Virus record (IMG/VR): IMGVR_UViG_2565956830_000005
Span: 1 to 64,000 of that record
Strand: one strand, 5' to 3'
Source: a virus
Taxonomy: Duplodnaviria > Caudoviricetes
DNA: 64,000 bases
This document shows, in pieces, positions 28,687 through 37,249 of this stretch. The notes under the pieces were generated by a model. It was not told where the DNA came from. It did not search any database and saw nothing but the letters and a program-made list of their open reading frames with translations. Both the position numbers and the translations under genes were made by a program. Every line of letters starts with the position of its first letter. Position 1 is the stretch's first letter.

Positions 28687-28991
28687 GGCTCCGCCTGCCC
28701 CGTCTGGTCACCGCGCTCGGCGGCCCACTCGGCTCGGACCTCGGCCAGGCACACCGCGTAGGGCTTGCCGGTGGCGGCCTTCCGCTCCCGGGCGAGTGAC
28801 TTCTCCCCCATGCTGCCTTTCTTGGGCATCTGGGGCTCCTGGGGATTCGCTGCTCGGGCGCGGGCCCGGGCGGCGGCTTTCGCCTGCCCGCACACCGGCG
28901 TCCGTGGGGGGCCGTCGAGGACCTGCTTGATCACCTGGCGTTGGCGGGTACGGCGCTGCTGCCGGTTCAACTTCGGCTTCGGCTCGGCCAT
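28683..28991 (-). CDS. basic hypothetical protein
   Basis: ORF coupled to neighbours; R/K-rich. Confidence 0.45.
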   Translation of the reverse strand: MAEPKPKLNRQQRRTRQRQVIKQVLDGPPRTPVCGQAKAAARARARAANPQEPQMPKKGSMGEKSLARERKAATGKPYAVCLAEVRAEWAAERGDQTGQAEP

Positions 28992-29326
28992 CAGTACCTC
29001 CGGCGCCCGTCCAGCCGGGCCTGCTCGGCGGCGCCGCGAGCAATGCCGCGCGCGAACGCCCCGTCGTCTGGTCGGGCGCGGGTGACGTTCACGATGACGC
29101 TCGCCTGGGTGGCGACCGCGGCCTCCCCGGGCGCCGGCTGGCAGTCGCCGGCCGGAGGGGGCGGATGCTCGGCTGCGCAGTGGGCTTTCAGCGGTTCGGT
29201 GTCAATGGTCAGGCCGACCACCAGGCGGCCGCCCACCTTCCTATGGGGCCCGGCGGACAGCGGCAGGTCGAACGGCGCGGCGCAGATCGGGCACGGGACG
29301 GCGACGGTGCTGGGGAGGGCTGCCAT
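28991..29326 (-). CDS. hypothetical protein (CPIC Zn motif)
   Basis: MAALPSTVAVPCPIC...; AGGAG RBS. Confidence 0.5.
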   Translation of the reverse strand: MAALPSTVAVPCPICAAPFDLPLSAGPHRKVGGRLVVGLTIDTEPLKAHCAAEHPPPPAGDCQPAPGEAAVATQASVIVNVTRARPDDGAFARGIARGAAEQARLDGRRRY

Positions 29327-29327
29327 G

Positions 29328-30074
29328 TCAGACTCCTGCCGGGCGTGCGGGCCACGCCCAAGTGCCGTCGCTGGTACCGCTGGCGACCTGCTGGACCCAG
29401 AACGTGTCGGGACCGTCCAGGGCGACCTGCAGGTTGCACGGGGCGTCGGAACCGTCGCCCGAGACGCGGACGATGACGGCCGGGCACACGTCACCGGCGC
29501 GGACCGCAGCTCCTCGCACATGCGCGGCCACGCGCTGGCGGTGGATGGCGCGGACATTCGCGTGGTCCAGGCGGTAGTGGACACGGGCGCCAAGCTGTGG
29601 GACGGGCGGCGGCCAGGGGAACGGCCATGCCTCGGGCTCCGGCTCGGGGGCGGCGTCGGTCGTGTCCTTCGGGGATGAGGACATGGGCGGGTCTCCTGCG
29701 GGTGTGCGGCCGTCGGCGGCAGGGGCGCGGGTGAACGCGATCAGCTCGGTGACCTGGAGCAGCCCGGTGCGGGAGGGGTGGGGGTCGTGGGACATGCGGC
29801 CGCCGGCCCAGCAGACGGCGTGCCGCACACCGCGCTCGGACGGCCCCCAGGCCATCCCATAGGCGCAATGCTGGTCGACGGGCTGCGTCTGCAACTGGTA
29901 GCCGCGGGCGCTGCAGAAGGCGACCATCCGCTCAAGCCAGTCGGGCCCTTCCGCTACGAAGTGCGGCACCGACTGGAGAGGCAACTCGAGGAGGCTCGCA
30001 ACCGCGGCTTGGAGGCAGTTGCCCGGGCGTCCCTCGGGGTCGTCGTGAAGGATCGACTGCGTCACCGGCCGCAC
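29328..30074 (-). CDS. papain-like (C39-like) peptidase domain in frame with a second phage domain
   Basis: 'GNCLQAAVASLL...HAVCW...HDP' Cys-His-Asp pattern; internal RBS plus ATG at 29684. Confidence 0.5.
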   Translation of the reverse strand: MRPVTQSILHDDPEGRPGNCLQAAVASLLELPLQSVPHFVAEGPDWLERMVAFCSARGYQLQTQPVDQHCAYGMAWGPSERGVRHAVCWAGGRMSHDPHPSRTGLLQVTELIAFTRAPAADGRTPAGDPPMSSSPKDTTDAAPEPEPEAWPFPWPPPVPQLGARVHYRLDHANVRAIHRQRVAAHVRGAAVRAGDVCPAVIVRVSGDGSDAPCNLQVALDGPDTFWVQQVASGTSDGTWAWPARPAGV

Positions 30075-30108
30075 AACCGCACCCCCTGTCGCTTCAAGTC
30101 GTCGGCGG

Positions 30109-30243
30109 TCAGGGCTGCTTGGGTGCGCAGTGGTGACTGACGCACCAGGCTTCGCCCTCGGCGACGAAGTGGACGTGCTTGCCTTCGGCGACGAGGTGCT
30201 GCGCGGCTTCCCAGGCCGGGCCACGGTCGGGGGTATCGGGCAT
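30109..30243 (-). CDS. small hypothetical protein
   Basis: 44 aa MPDTPDRG... Confidence 0.35.
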   Translation of the reverse strand: MPDTPDRGPAWEAAQHLVAEGKHVHFVAEGEAWCVSHHCAPKQP

Positions 30244-30606
30244 GAGGGTTTCCGATCTTGGGGCGGAGGTCATGCCCCGCGCGCGCTCAGGGGGCGCTGC
30301 ACCGAACGCGCGCGGGGGGTGTTCGGCCGGCCCCGGCGGAGCACGTGGCGCCGGGGCCGGTGCGGTCCTCGCGGATACCGCGTGTCGCGCCCGGCCGTCA
30401 GGCATTCCGGGGCTGCCCCGGCGCTCTGCAACGGCTGGCGTACGACGCATCCGTCCCCACGGCGCCAGGCAGGGAGCCGCTGGCGTGGTGAGGAGTTGAA
30501 CCGCTGCCCGGGGTGAGCCTCTGTCCCGAAAGGATCACGGCGCCCCGCCCGGGCGCATGGTCCGGGCAGCGGAGTTGGTGGTGGACCAGCACCAGGTGGT
30601 GGTCCC

Positions 30607-30969
30607 TCAGACGGTTGCGAGATCCGCGACGCTCCCCTGGACCGCCTTCACCGTCACCTCGTACACCGTCTCGAGCTCCTTGCCGTCCGGGTCGACGTCG
30701 GACATGACCCATGTGCTCGCCACTGCGGAGTCCGCACGGTCGGCTGCCACCAGAAGGGCCCGGAGATCGGCGATGGGCGTGGCGTCGTCGGCCCTTTCCA
30801 CGGACACAAGGTGGTCGTCGCGGACGGTGAAGACAGCCTGATTGTCCGAGTTCTTGAAGGTGGTGAAGCCGGCCACGGTCCTGTAGTACGCGGCTTCGAT
30901 GCGGTGGGCGTTGAGTGTGGGCAGTGCGCCGGTGTTCACGATGAAGACGTGCATGGCCGCCTTGGACAT
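30607..30969 (-). CDS. hypothetical protein
   Basis: 120 aa, GGAG RBS, good codon bias. Confidence 0.55.
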   Translation of the reverse strand: MSKAAMHVFIVNTGALPTLNAHRIEAAYYRTVAGFTTFKNSDNQAVFTVRDDHLVSVERADDATPIADLRALLVAADRADSAVASTWVMSDVDPDGKELETVYEVTVKAVQGSVADLATV

Positions 30970-31167
30970 GGTGATGCTCCAGATGCTGGTGATGGTGGTG
31001 GTTGTGCTGCAGACGCGGCAACGGCCCCGCCCCGGCAGTGGAGTTGGTGGACCGCCGTCGAATCGGCGACCCTCAGCGCCGCCCGGCGGCGGTCTCTTCC
31101 CTCCGGCCGCGGCTGGCGTGCCACAGCGGAGAGCCTTGGTGGTGCGGGACGGTTATGGGGCGGCTGG

Positions 31168-31425
31168 TCAGGCATAAGTGGCGACGGGCGCGGTGTAGGT
31201 GCGGCGGGCGCGGCGGCGGGTGGCGGCTTCGGCGCGGATCACGTCGACGGCTCGGAAGAGTGGCTGGCCGGCAAGGTTGCTGATGGGCTTGCCGGCATCG
31301 TTGCGGGCCTGCTTGAGGTGTCCCCGGTACTTCCAGTTCCGTACGACGTTGGGGTCGACGCCCGCTGCCTCGGCGGCTTCGGCAGCAGTCCAGAGTGTCT
31401 GCTGGAGGTCACCGGTGAGGTCCAT
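31168..31425 (-). CDS. MerR-like helix-turn-helix DNA-binding protein
   Basis: 'LWTAAEAAEAAGVDPNVVRNWKYRGHL...PLFRAVDV'; GGAGG RBS. Confidence 0.75.
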   Translation of the reverse strand: MDLTGDLQQTLWTAAEAAEAAGVDPNVVRNWKYRGHLKQARNDAGKPISNLAGQPLFRAVDVIRAEAATRRRARRTYTAPVATYA

Positions 31426-31457
31426 GGCCACCTCCGAGGTGTACGGGTCCGGGAACG

Positions 31458-31490
31458 AAAAAAGGCCCCGCGTTGTCGCGAGGCATTCCT
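31458..31490 (-). terminator. intrinsic terminator
   Basis: GCCTCGCG-ACAA-CGCGGGGC followed by CTTTTTT on the minus strand. Confidence 0.65.
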
Positions 31491-31516
31491 GCGTGTGGAC
31501 ACAGTGATCCGCGCTC

Positions 31517-31545
31517 AGCATCATGCGTGATGTGCAGCGCGTCAA
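31517..31545 (-). promoter_or_regulatory. putative sigma70/HrdB-type late promoter
   Basis: TTGACG-17 nt-GATGCT, overlapping the stop codon of the upstream Zn-ribbon gene. Confidence 0.45.
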
Positions 31546-32357
31546 GCAGCGGTTTCTTCCGGCGCGCCGTCCGGGTGAACCGGCGCACGCCGCGCCGCGG
31601 TCTCCTGGTCGGCGAGGTCTTTGACGTAGCGCCGGTACTCGGCGTGGGTGAACAGGGCGCGGCAGTCGGCGTCCTGGCATTCGATGTAGGGCTCGTCGTC
31701 GACGAGGCGGAGGTCGCGGGATTCGGTGAGCCAGGGGCCGCCGCAGCGCTTGCAGGGGGCGAATCGTTTCGTCTCGGGGGCTTTGTCACGGCCGGTGAAG
31801 CGCGTTGCGGCGCGGTGCCATGCGGCGATCTGCGCGGCCGGGTTGGTCGACGGGACGAGCAACGGGCCGAGACGCGCGGCCTCATGGGACTCGGCGGCCA
31901 GAGGGTGTTGCTGCAGGAGCCAGTCGACGTGCGCGGTGAGTAGCCGGGTCGTGCGGCCGATCCACTCCCCTTCCCGCACGCCGGGCTCGTGGACCGGGTG
32001 CTCGCCGAGGCCTCGGAGACGTCGTACGTCGGCGGCGACTTCGGCGAGTCCGCCGGCGATGTGGTCGGTCATCAGCCGAGCGGCCTGACCGGGCCACGGT
32101 GTGGTGTCGGTGGGCGCACTGGTCGTCGAAGCGGTGGGGGCGCCGCGTGTGCCGTGGAGGGGTTCGAGGCTGATGGCGACGAGGAGTTCGGGGAGCTCGG
32201 CCAGGTGCCGGCGCGCGCGGTCGACGCAGGCGTCGCAGTGCAGCGGGTCGCCCCAGGTGACGGGGATGTCGTGCGGGACGTTGTCGGTGCGGCGCTGGTG
32301 TTCTGCGCGGCGCCAGGCGGTGTTGCAGACGCCGAGGCAGGGAGCGGGAGTTGGCAT
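31542..32357 (-). CDS. Zn-ribbon protein, putative late transcription regulator
   Basis: CLGVC, CDAC, 'APCKRCG...ECQDADC'; last gene before the late operon. Confidence 0.55.
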   Translation of the reverse strand: MPTPAPCLGVCNTAWRRAEHQRRTDNVPHDIPVTWGDPLHCDACVDRARRHLAELPELLVAISLEPLHGTRGAPTASTTSAPTDTTPWPGQAARLMTDHIAGGLAEVAADVRRLRGLGEHPVHEPGVREGEWIGRTTRLLTAHVDWLLQQHPLAAESHEAARLGPLLVPSTNPAAQIAAWHRAATRFTGRDKAPETKRFAPCKRCGGPWLTESRDLRLVDDEPYIECQDADCRALFTHAEYRRYVKDLADQETAARRAPVHPDGAPEETAA

Positions 32358-32401
32358 GCGGGGCCTCCCCGGAAGCGGGCGGGACAGCAAGGGGGCGGGT
32401 G

Positions 32402-32434
32402 CGCGAACGGCCCCGCCGAGGCGGGGCCGTTCGT
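32402..32434. terminator. GC stem-loop
   Basis: GAACGGCCCCGC-CGAG-GCGGGGCCGTTC perfect inverted repeat. Confidence 0.55.
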
Positions 32435-32541
32435 CGTGCAGCGACCTGAACCTGGATGGCACCTGTTCAGGCCTCGATCTTGCCCCACACGCCACACAAG
32501 ACGCAAGAAAAGGGGTCAAACATGCCCGTTCGGCGAGCGAA

Positions 32542-33033
32542 TCACTCCTGCGGCTCGGGCGTCTCCTCGGTCCAGTCCCACGCCTCGGCAAGGAACTTCA
32601 GGCTGCGGCACGGGGCTTCGATCGGATCGCCTGAGCTGTCGCGACAGGTAAGGCAGACCTTCGGGCTGTCGCGGCATTCGCCCTCGCAGAAGGCGGGGCA
32701 CTTCTCGCCGTAGGAGTGGCTGAACCTGCCGTGATCGGGAACCGGGATGTGCTCGTCGTGCTGCTTCCGGTCAGCGGCGATCCGGAGCAGGACGGCGGCT
32801 GGGGAGTTGCGGGCGATGTGCCGGGCGTCTGCGAGCCGTACACCACCTCCGTTGTCGTGGCTGCCGGCAACGACGTCGCAGTCCAGGGGGCGGGTGCCGA
32901 TGACCGCGGCGAAGTCGTAGCCGTAGGGGTAGTCAGTGACGTGCCACGGCCCGGGAGTCGCCCCTTCCGCATCGGCCTGCGCCGCGGCCAGCGTCTCCCG
33001 CAGCCACGACACCATTCGGTCCGTGCCCGTCAC
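32542..33033 (-). CDS. DUF6221-like protein
   Basis: 'WLRE...ATPGPW...HIARNSPAAVL.RIAADRK...PC..L..LA..W'. Confidence 0.65.
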   Translation of the reverse strand: MTGTDRMVSWLRETLAAAQADAEGATPGPWHVTDYPYGYDFAAVIGTRPLDCDVVAGSHDNGGGVRLADARHIARNSPAAVLLRIAADRKQHDEHIPVPDHGRFSHSYGEKCPAFCEGECRDSPKVCLTCRDSSGDPIEAPCRSLKFLAEAWDWTEETPEPQE

Positions 33034-33260
33034 GACGCCCGCCCTGCGCGCCACACGACGTATCGAATCTCAGCGCGGCGCATCCATCCCCGCCGGTTGA
33101 ACAGCAGCCAGTCCACGATCCGCTCCCACCGTCCAGCTGAGTCGCAGGCCGCACACCGGTACACGCCGTCCCGGCCCCGCCGGAGACGCGGCGGATGCGT
33201 CTTGTGGGCCTCCAGAGCGGCGAAGTACGCCGCTTCCAGCACGGCCAGCTCGCCCGTCAC
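33030..33260 (-). CDS. small hypothetical protein
   Basis: GTGA coupling; CAAC motif. Confidence 0.4.
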   Translation of the reverse strand: MTGELAVLEAAYFAALEAHKTHPPRLRRGRDGVYRCAACDSAGRWERIVDWLLFNRRGWMRRAEIRYVVWRAGRAS

Positions 33261-33262
33261 CG

Positions 33263-33718
33263 CTACTCCTCCCCGCTTCGGCCCCAGCCCTTGGCGAGCA
33301 GGAGTACGCGCCGTGCCACGCGTGTGTCCCGGCCGCAATCGCAGGGCTTGCCGAGCCTGGAGTCGTCACACGTCTCACCGCCATCCCGCTCCTCTGTGGC
33401 AGCGGCGCAGGTGTACCAGCAGTCTCCCTCGACGACTTGGTGCTTCTCGCCGAGCAAGTCGTCGAGGAGTTTCCGGTCGGCGGCGATCCGACGCAGCACG
33501 GCGGCCGGATCGTTGTCGGCCATGAACGTGCCGGGCGCCGGGTCGAGGTAATCGACCTCGGCCACCATGAACCCAGGCGTGCCCGTGGCGTTGAGGCTGC
33601 CGTGCGCGTGATGTTCCCACTCGGCGCTGCCCGTCTCCGTCGCAGCCGCTTGTGCTCGCTGCGTGGCCGCGTTCATGGCCTCCCGCAGCCACACCACCAG
33701 GTGGTCGGTGTCGGTCAC
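33263..33718 (-). CDS. DUF6221-like protein
   Basis: 'LVVWLRE...NDPAAVLRRIAADRKLL...VLLLAKGW'. Confidence 0.65.
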   Translation of the reverse strand: MTDTDHLVVWLREAMNAATQRAQAAATETGSAEWEHHAHGSLNATGTPGFMVAEVDYLDPAPGTFMADNDPAAVLRRIAADRKLLDDLLGEKHQVVEGDCWYTCAAATEERDGGETCDDSRLGKPCDCGRDTRVARRVLLLAKGWGRSGEE

Positions 33719-34200
33719 GGCGTCCACCTCGGGCTCGGCTTGAGCGCGTCCCGGATCATGCCGGGGGTCACGATCATCCGGCGCCCGAGTTCCTGCATGC
33801 GAGTCTCCATGGCGCTCAGCAGCATGTACTTCTCGTGCAACTCGCTGAGCGCGTCCCGCTGATCGCAGTGCCACAGCCAGTGCATCGCCCGGTCGGCCGC
33901 CACGGCGACCGTTTCGGGGGGTGCGTCGGCTTCGATGTCGAGGCGGGTGCGCCAGTCGAGGCGGGTGCGCTCGGGGGCTCCGTAGTCGTCGCCGATACCG
34001 AATGCCAGTCGTCCGTCGACCAGGTGCCAGGACAGCCAGAACTCGGAGAACTGCATGGCGTGGCCGGTGCTGGGGTCGGGGAAGGTCATCTTGATCTCAA
34101 CGTCGGTGACGTACTCCGGATCCCAACCCAGGGCTCCGAGCCGATCGCTAAGCGCCTGGGTCGTCTCGCCTGGAAGGGGCACGTAGGGGTTGTCCGGCAT
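33715..34200 (-). CDS. hypothetical protein
   Basis: 161 aa, coupled ORF. Confidence 0.55.
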   Translation of the reverse strand: MPDNPYVPLPGETTQALSDRLGALGWDPEYVTDVEIKMTFPDPSTGHAMQFSEFWLSWHLVDGRLAFGIGDDYGAPERTRLDWRTRLDIEADAPPETVAVAADRAMHWLWHCDQRDALSELHEKYMLLSAMETRMQELGRRMIVTPGMIRDALKPSPRWTP

Positions 34201-34400
34201 CAGTAGCAGCCTCGGTTCATGTCGCCGATGCAGGTGGTGTTGGCGCGGACGAGGCGGATGATGTTCTGCGCCCGCTCGGCCGTGTCCGTGGTCTGGCCGG
34301 TGGGGTCGACGATCGCCGCGATCAACGGGACCAGTTGCTCGTCAGGGAGCACGCCGTAGCCCGGCAGGGTGCTGTACCGATACGGCTCTGAAGCGGTCAT
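34200..34400 (-). CDS. small hypothetical protein
   Basis: 66 aa, TGATG coupling. Confidence 0.45.
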   Translation of the reverse strand: MTASEPYRYSTLPGYGVLPDEQLVPLIAAIVDPTGQTTDTAERAQNIIRLVRANTTCIGDMNRGCY

Positions 34401-34406
34401 GCTGTC

Positions 34407-34679
34407 TCACCTTCCGGCGTGCGCGGAGTCGGCGAGGCAGCTGGAGCAGACGCCGTCGGTCATGGGCACGTCGTGGGTTTCGCAGGTCTGGTCGCTGTCG
34501 AGTTCGTCGGCGTGCGCGAGGAGGTCGGCGGCCACCGCTCGTGTCTCGTCCGCGGTGAGGTGCGCGACGCCTGCGGCCGGGTCCAGGTCGATGGCCACGT
34601 AGTTGTCGCCGAAGCGCTCGATGCTGACGGCCAGCGTCCCGTCGGGCGCGCATCCGCGGCCGAAGGTGTGGAAGGCCAC
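34407..34679 (-). CDS. hypothetical protein
   Basis: 'LTADETRAVAADLLAHADEL' motif; C-terminal CxxH/CxxC. Confidence 0.5.
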   Translation of the reverse strand: MAFHTFGRGCAPDGTLAVSIERFGDNYVAIDLDPAAGVAHLTADETRAVAADLLAHADELDSDQTCETHDVPMTDGVCSSCLADSAHAGR

Positions 34680-34681
34680 GG

Positions 34682-34954
34682 CTACCGCTCCTGCGTGATG
34701 GTGTACGCCGGCTGCGGCTGATGGCAGGAGTGTGAGCAGCGGCCGACGTAGACGTCGGCGTAGTCCAGGGCCTCGCCGCCGTCGCGGTAGAGGAGTCCGT
34801 CGCGGCACTCTGGGTCGCCGGCCCTGGTGCACTCCGCGCAGGGGCGTGGCGTGGCGTCGTGGGTGTACGGCGGCCCTTCCGGAGTGGGAGGGGCGAGGAT
34901 CGCGTGGATCAACTGCCCTGCGCCTTCAGGGAACATTGGCGACACATCGGTCAT
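34682..34954 (-). CDS. hypothetical Cys-rich protein
   Basis: CAEC...C...CSHSCH. Confidence 0.4.
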   Translation of the reverse strand: MTDVSPMFPEGAGQLIHAILAPPTPEGPPYTHDATPRPCAECTRAGDPECRDGLLYRDGGEALDYADVYVGRCSHSCHQPQPAYTITQER

Positions 34955-35141
34955 GCGGCCAGTATGGCGGCCACGTTGAAATCCGAGCTCGGAATTCCTT
35001 GAGCGTGGGGCTTTGCAGGGAGCAGATGCCAGCTGGGGGCAGCGGCGCAGCTCGCGATCGGACATGCTGACACCGGGTCTGAGCCTTGGCCGGTCCGGAC
35101 CGCGCAGGAGGGGCCGCGGGGTGGTTCCCGCAGCCTGCGGT

Positions 35142-35711
35142 TCAGCTCCCGTTCGCGATCTTCGCGGCGTCTTTGTCGGCTTTCGCCAAGGCGTTCAGTG
35201 CGTCGGAGGCGTCCTTCCGTGTCTTCGCGTTCGGTGCGTCCGGGCTGGTGCCGTCGTTGGCGAACTGGGTGATTGTCGCGTTCGCGACCCCGTTGTCCGA
35301 GCGCCACTGCTCGAGGAGATCTGTCGGCTCGTTGTCGGCGGTGAAGAGAGCGTCGGCTTTCGAGAATGCGGTCTGCTTCATGTCGAGGCCGACCACGGCC
35401 TTCTGGTACCAGGCCGTGAAGTCCGTTGTGCCGACGGTCGTCTGGCCCTTGGAGAGGAAGGTGCGGAAGTCGGTGTCCTCTTGTGTGAGGATCGCTGCCG
35501 CTTTCTTCCGTGCCTGCGCTGTGGGCGGCTTCTTCGCGGCGGTGCCAGTGCTGCCGGCCTTCGCTGGTGCAGCGGTTTTCGTGGGCTTCGCGGAGTGGCT
35601 GGCGGTGGCGCTGGAGGTCTTGGCGGAGTGGGTCTTGGTGCTGCCGCTGTTGCATGCGGCCAGGGGGCCGAGCAGGAGGACGGTGGCCGTGATGGTGAGG
35701 GTTCGTCGCAT
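35142..35711 (-). CDS. lipoprotein (moron-like)
   Basis: Signal peptide MRRTLTITATVLLLGP-LAAC lipobox; K/T/S linker. Confidence 0.75.
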   Translation of the reverse strand: MRRTLTITATVLLLGPLAACNSGSTKTHSAKTSSATASHSAKPTKTAAPAKAGSTGTAAKKPPTAQARKKAAAILTQEDTDFRTFLSKGQTTVGTTDFTAWYQKAVVGLDMKQTAFSKADALFTADNEPTDLLEQWRSDNGVANATITQFANDGTSPDAPNAKTRKDASDALNALAKADKDAAKIANGS

Positions 35712-35843
35712 GCGGGCGATAGTGAACGTCCGTACAGTTCTTCGGGCAGGGAGTGGCGGAGTTGTGACGGTGTGTTCGGGGGTTCGCACACGCTGAAGCG
35801 CCGTCAGGCGGTCGGCGGGGCTTCGACTTCCGTGGACGGACAG

Positions 35844-35874
35844 AGGCCCTCCGCTACACGCGCGGAGGGCCTCG
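35844..35874. terminator. stem-loop after the secreted protein gene
   Basis: GAGGCCCTCCGC...GCGGAGGGCCTC. Confidence 0.6.
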
Positions 35875-35898
35875 TCGGTTCCGGGTGTACCCGGAGTG

Positions 35899-36285
35899 TT
35901 AGTTACGCGTCCAGCCTGTCTGTCCTACCCAGACGGTCTGGTTGTTGCGCGTGGGCACCACGTCGTACCGGGCTACGTACTGGTAGTAGCCGGCCCGGCC
36001 GCTCTTGCAGAAGATGTTCGCGATGATTGTGTTCTTCTGCCCGAGTCCGACCCTGCCGTAGACCAGATCGTCGCCCCAGTCCCAGTTGGTGCTCCAGTAG
36101 TCCGTGTACGCCTGGATGCCGGTCACCGTGCCGTTGGTGCAGTTTCCCAGCCATTTGGGAAAGGCGATGTAGACCCAGCCGGTGCTGGCCGCCTGCGCCG
36201 TTCCTTCCGTGGCAGCGACCCCGCTCATGGCCAGGCCGAGCGCGGACAGGGTCACGGCGAGCTTCTTGAACTTCGCCTTAAGCAT
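35899..36285 (-). CDS. small secreted protein
   Basis: Sec signal ending AQA; mature ~95 aa with two Cys, W/Y-rich; GAGGGGG RBS. Confidence 0.75.
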   Translation of the reverse strand: MLKAKFKKLAVTLSALGLAMSGVAATEGTAQAASTGWVYIAFPKWLGNCTNGTVTGIQAYTDYWSTNWDWGDDLVYGRVGLGQKNTIIANIFCKSGRAGYYQYVARYDVVPTRNNQTVWVGQTGWTRN

Positions 36286-36547
36286 GTGCCCCCTCAACTT
36301 GCAGATGTGCGGTCTCCCTGCGTCGGCCGAAGAGCTAGGCACGACGCTGGAGTGCCGATCATGTCCGGTGGATGCTCGGTGTGAACGCGCGAGGGAAGCG
36401 CGATGCCTATACGTAACATCAGGTTCTATTACCCGTCCCATCAGCGGTGCGCTGTCGCGAATCTGTTCGCATGAGGCCCGCTGTCGGCCGCTTTACCAGG
36501 CAGCCACGCAGCGAGACGCAGACCTCCCGGGAACACCCGACTGGAAG

Positions 36548-37005
36548 TCACACGGCGGCGTGGGGGGCGATCAGGGGCAGCCGGTCCCGGGCCGACTGGG
36601 CGTAGACGGCGGACTGTTCGATGCCGATGAAGCCACGGTCCTCGAGGAGCGCGGCGGCATCGGTCGTGCCTGACCCGGCGAATATGTCGAGGACCGTGCC
36701 GCCCTGGGGGACGATGCGCACGAGTTGCTGCATGACCTCGACGGGTTTCTGCGTGATGTGGACGCGAGTGTTGCCGCGGGGCTGGCTGCCGGGGAAGTGG
36801 CCGGGCAGGTAGACGGGTTGGTTGCCGGGGACCATGGCGCCGTTGCTGCCCCAGAGGATGAACTCGCACTCCTGGCGGAGGCGGCCGGGCTGGGGGCGGG
36901 CGATGGGCTTGTGCCAGACGGCGACGCCGCGCCAGGTGTAGCCGGCGGCCTGGAGGGCGTCGGCGGTGGAGCCGATCTGCCGCCAGTCGGAGAAGACGAG
37001 GGCCG
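36548..37005 (-). pseudogene. 5'-truncated N6A/N4C DNA methyltransferase
   Basis: 'HITQKPVEVM...VLDIFAGSGTT' motif I is present; the catalytic DPPY region and start are missing. Confidence 0.75.
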
Positions 37006-37145
37006 CTACTACGCCTACATCGCTGCGTGGCACGGCTGGCGGATCGTCCGATCTGACGACCGGCTGAACGATGAGGAGCTGGCCGCCAAGTACGACGTCG
37101 TCGAGGAGTACGTCCGGCGCCGCGCCGAGTTGCCCACCGCATGAC

Positions 37146-37177
37146 GACGGCCCCGTCCTGGCCTGGGACGGGGCCGC
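37146..37177. terminator. stem-loop ending the long leftward operon
   Basis: CGGCCCCGTCC...GGACGGGGCCG. Confidence 0.55.
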
Positions 37178-37249
37178 GCTACGATCTGTCTACCGCGCCA
37201 TAGACGCTGGCGTGGGTGCTCCGCAGGGCGCGCTGACCGTAGTTGACCG

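Noticed and set aside
30478-30560. tRNA-like 3' end on the minus strand (GGTTCAACTCC...CGCCA)
   Set aside because: The T-stem pairs only 2 bp, and no acceptor or anticodon arms can be built
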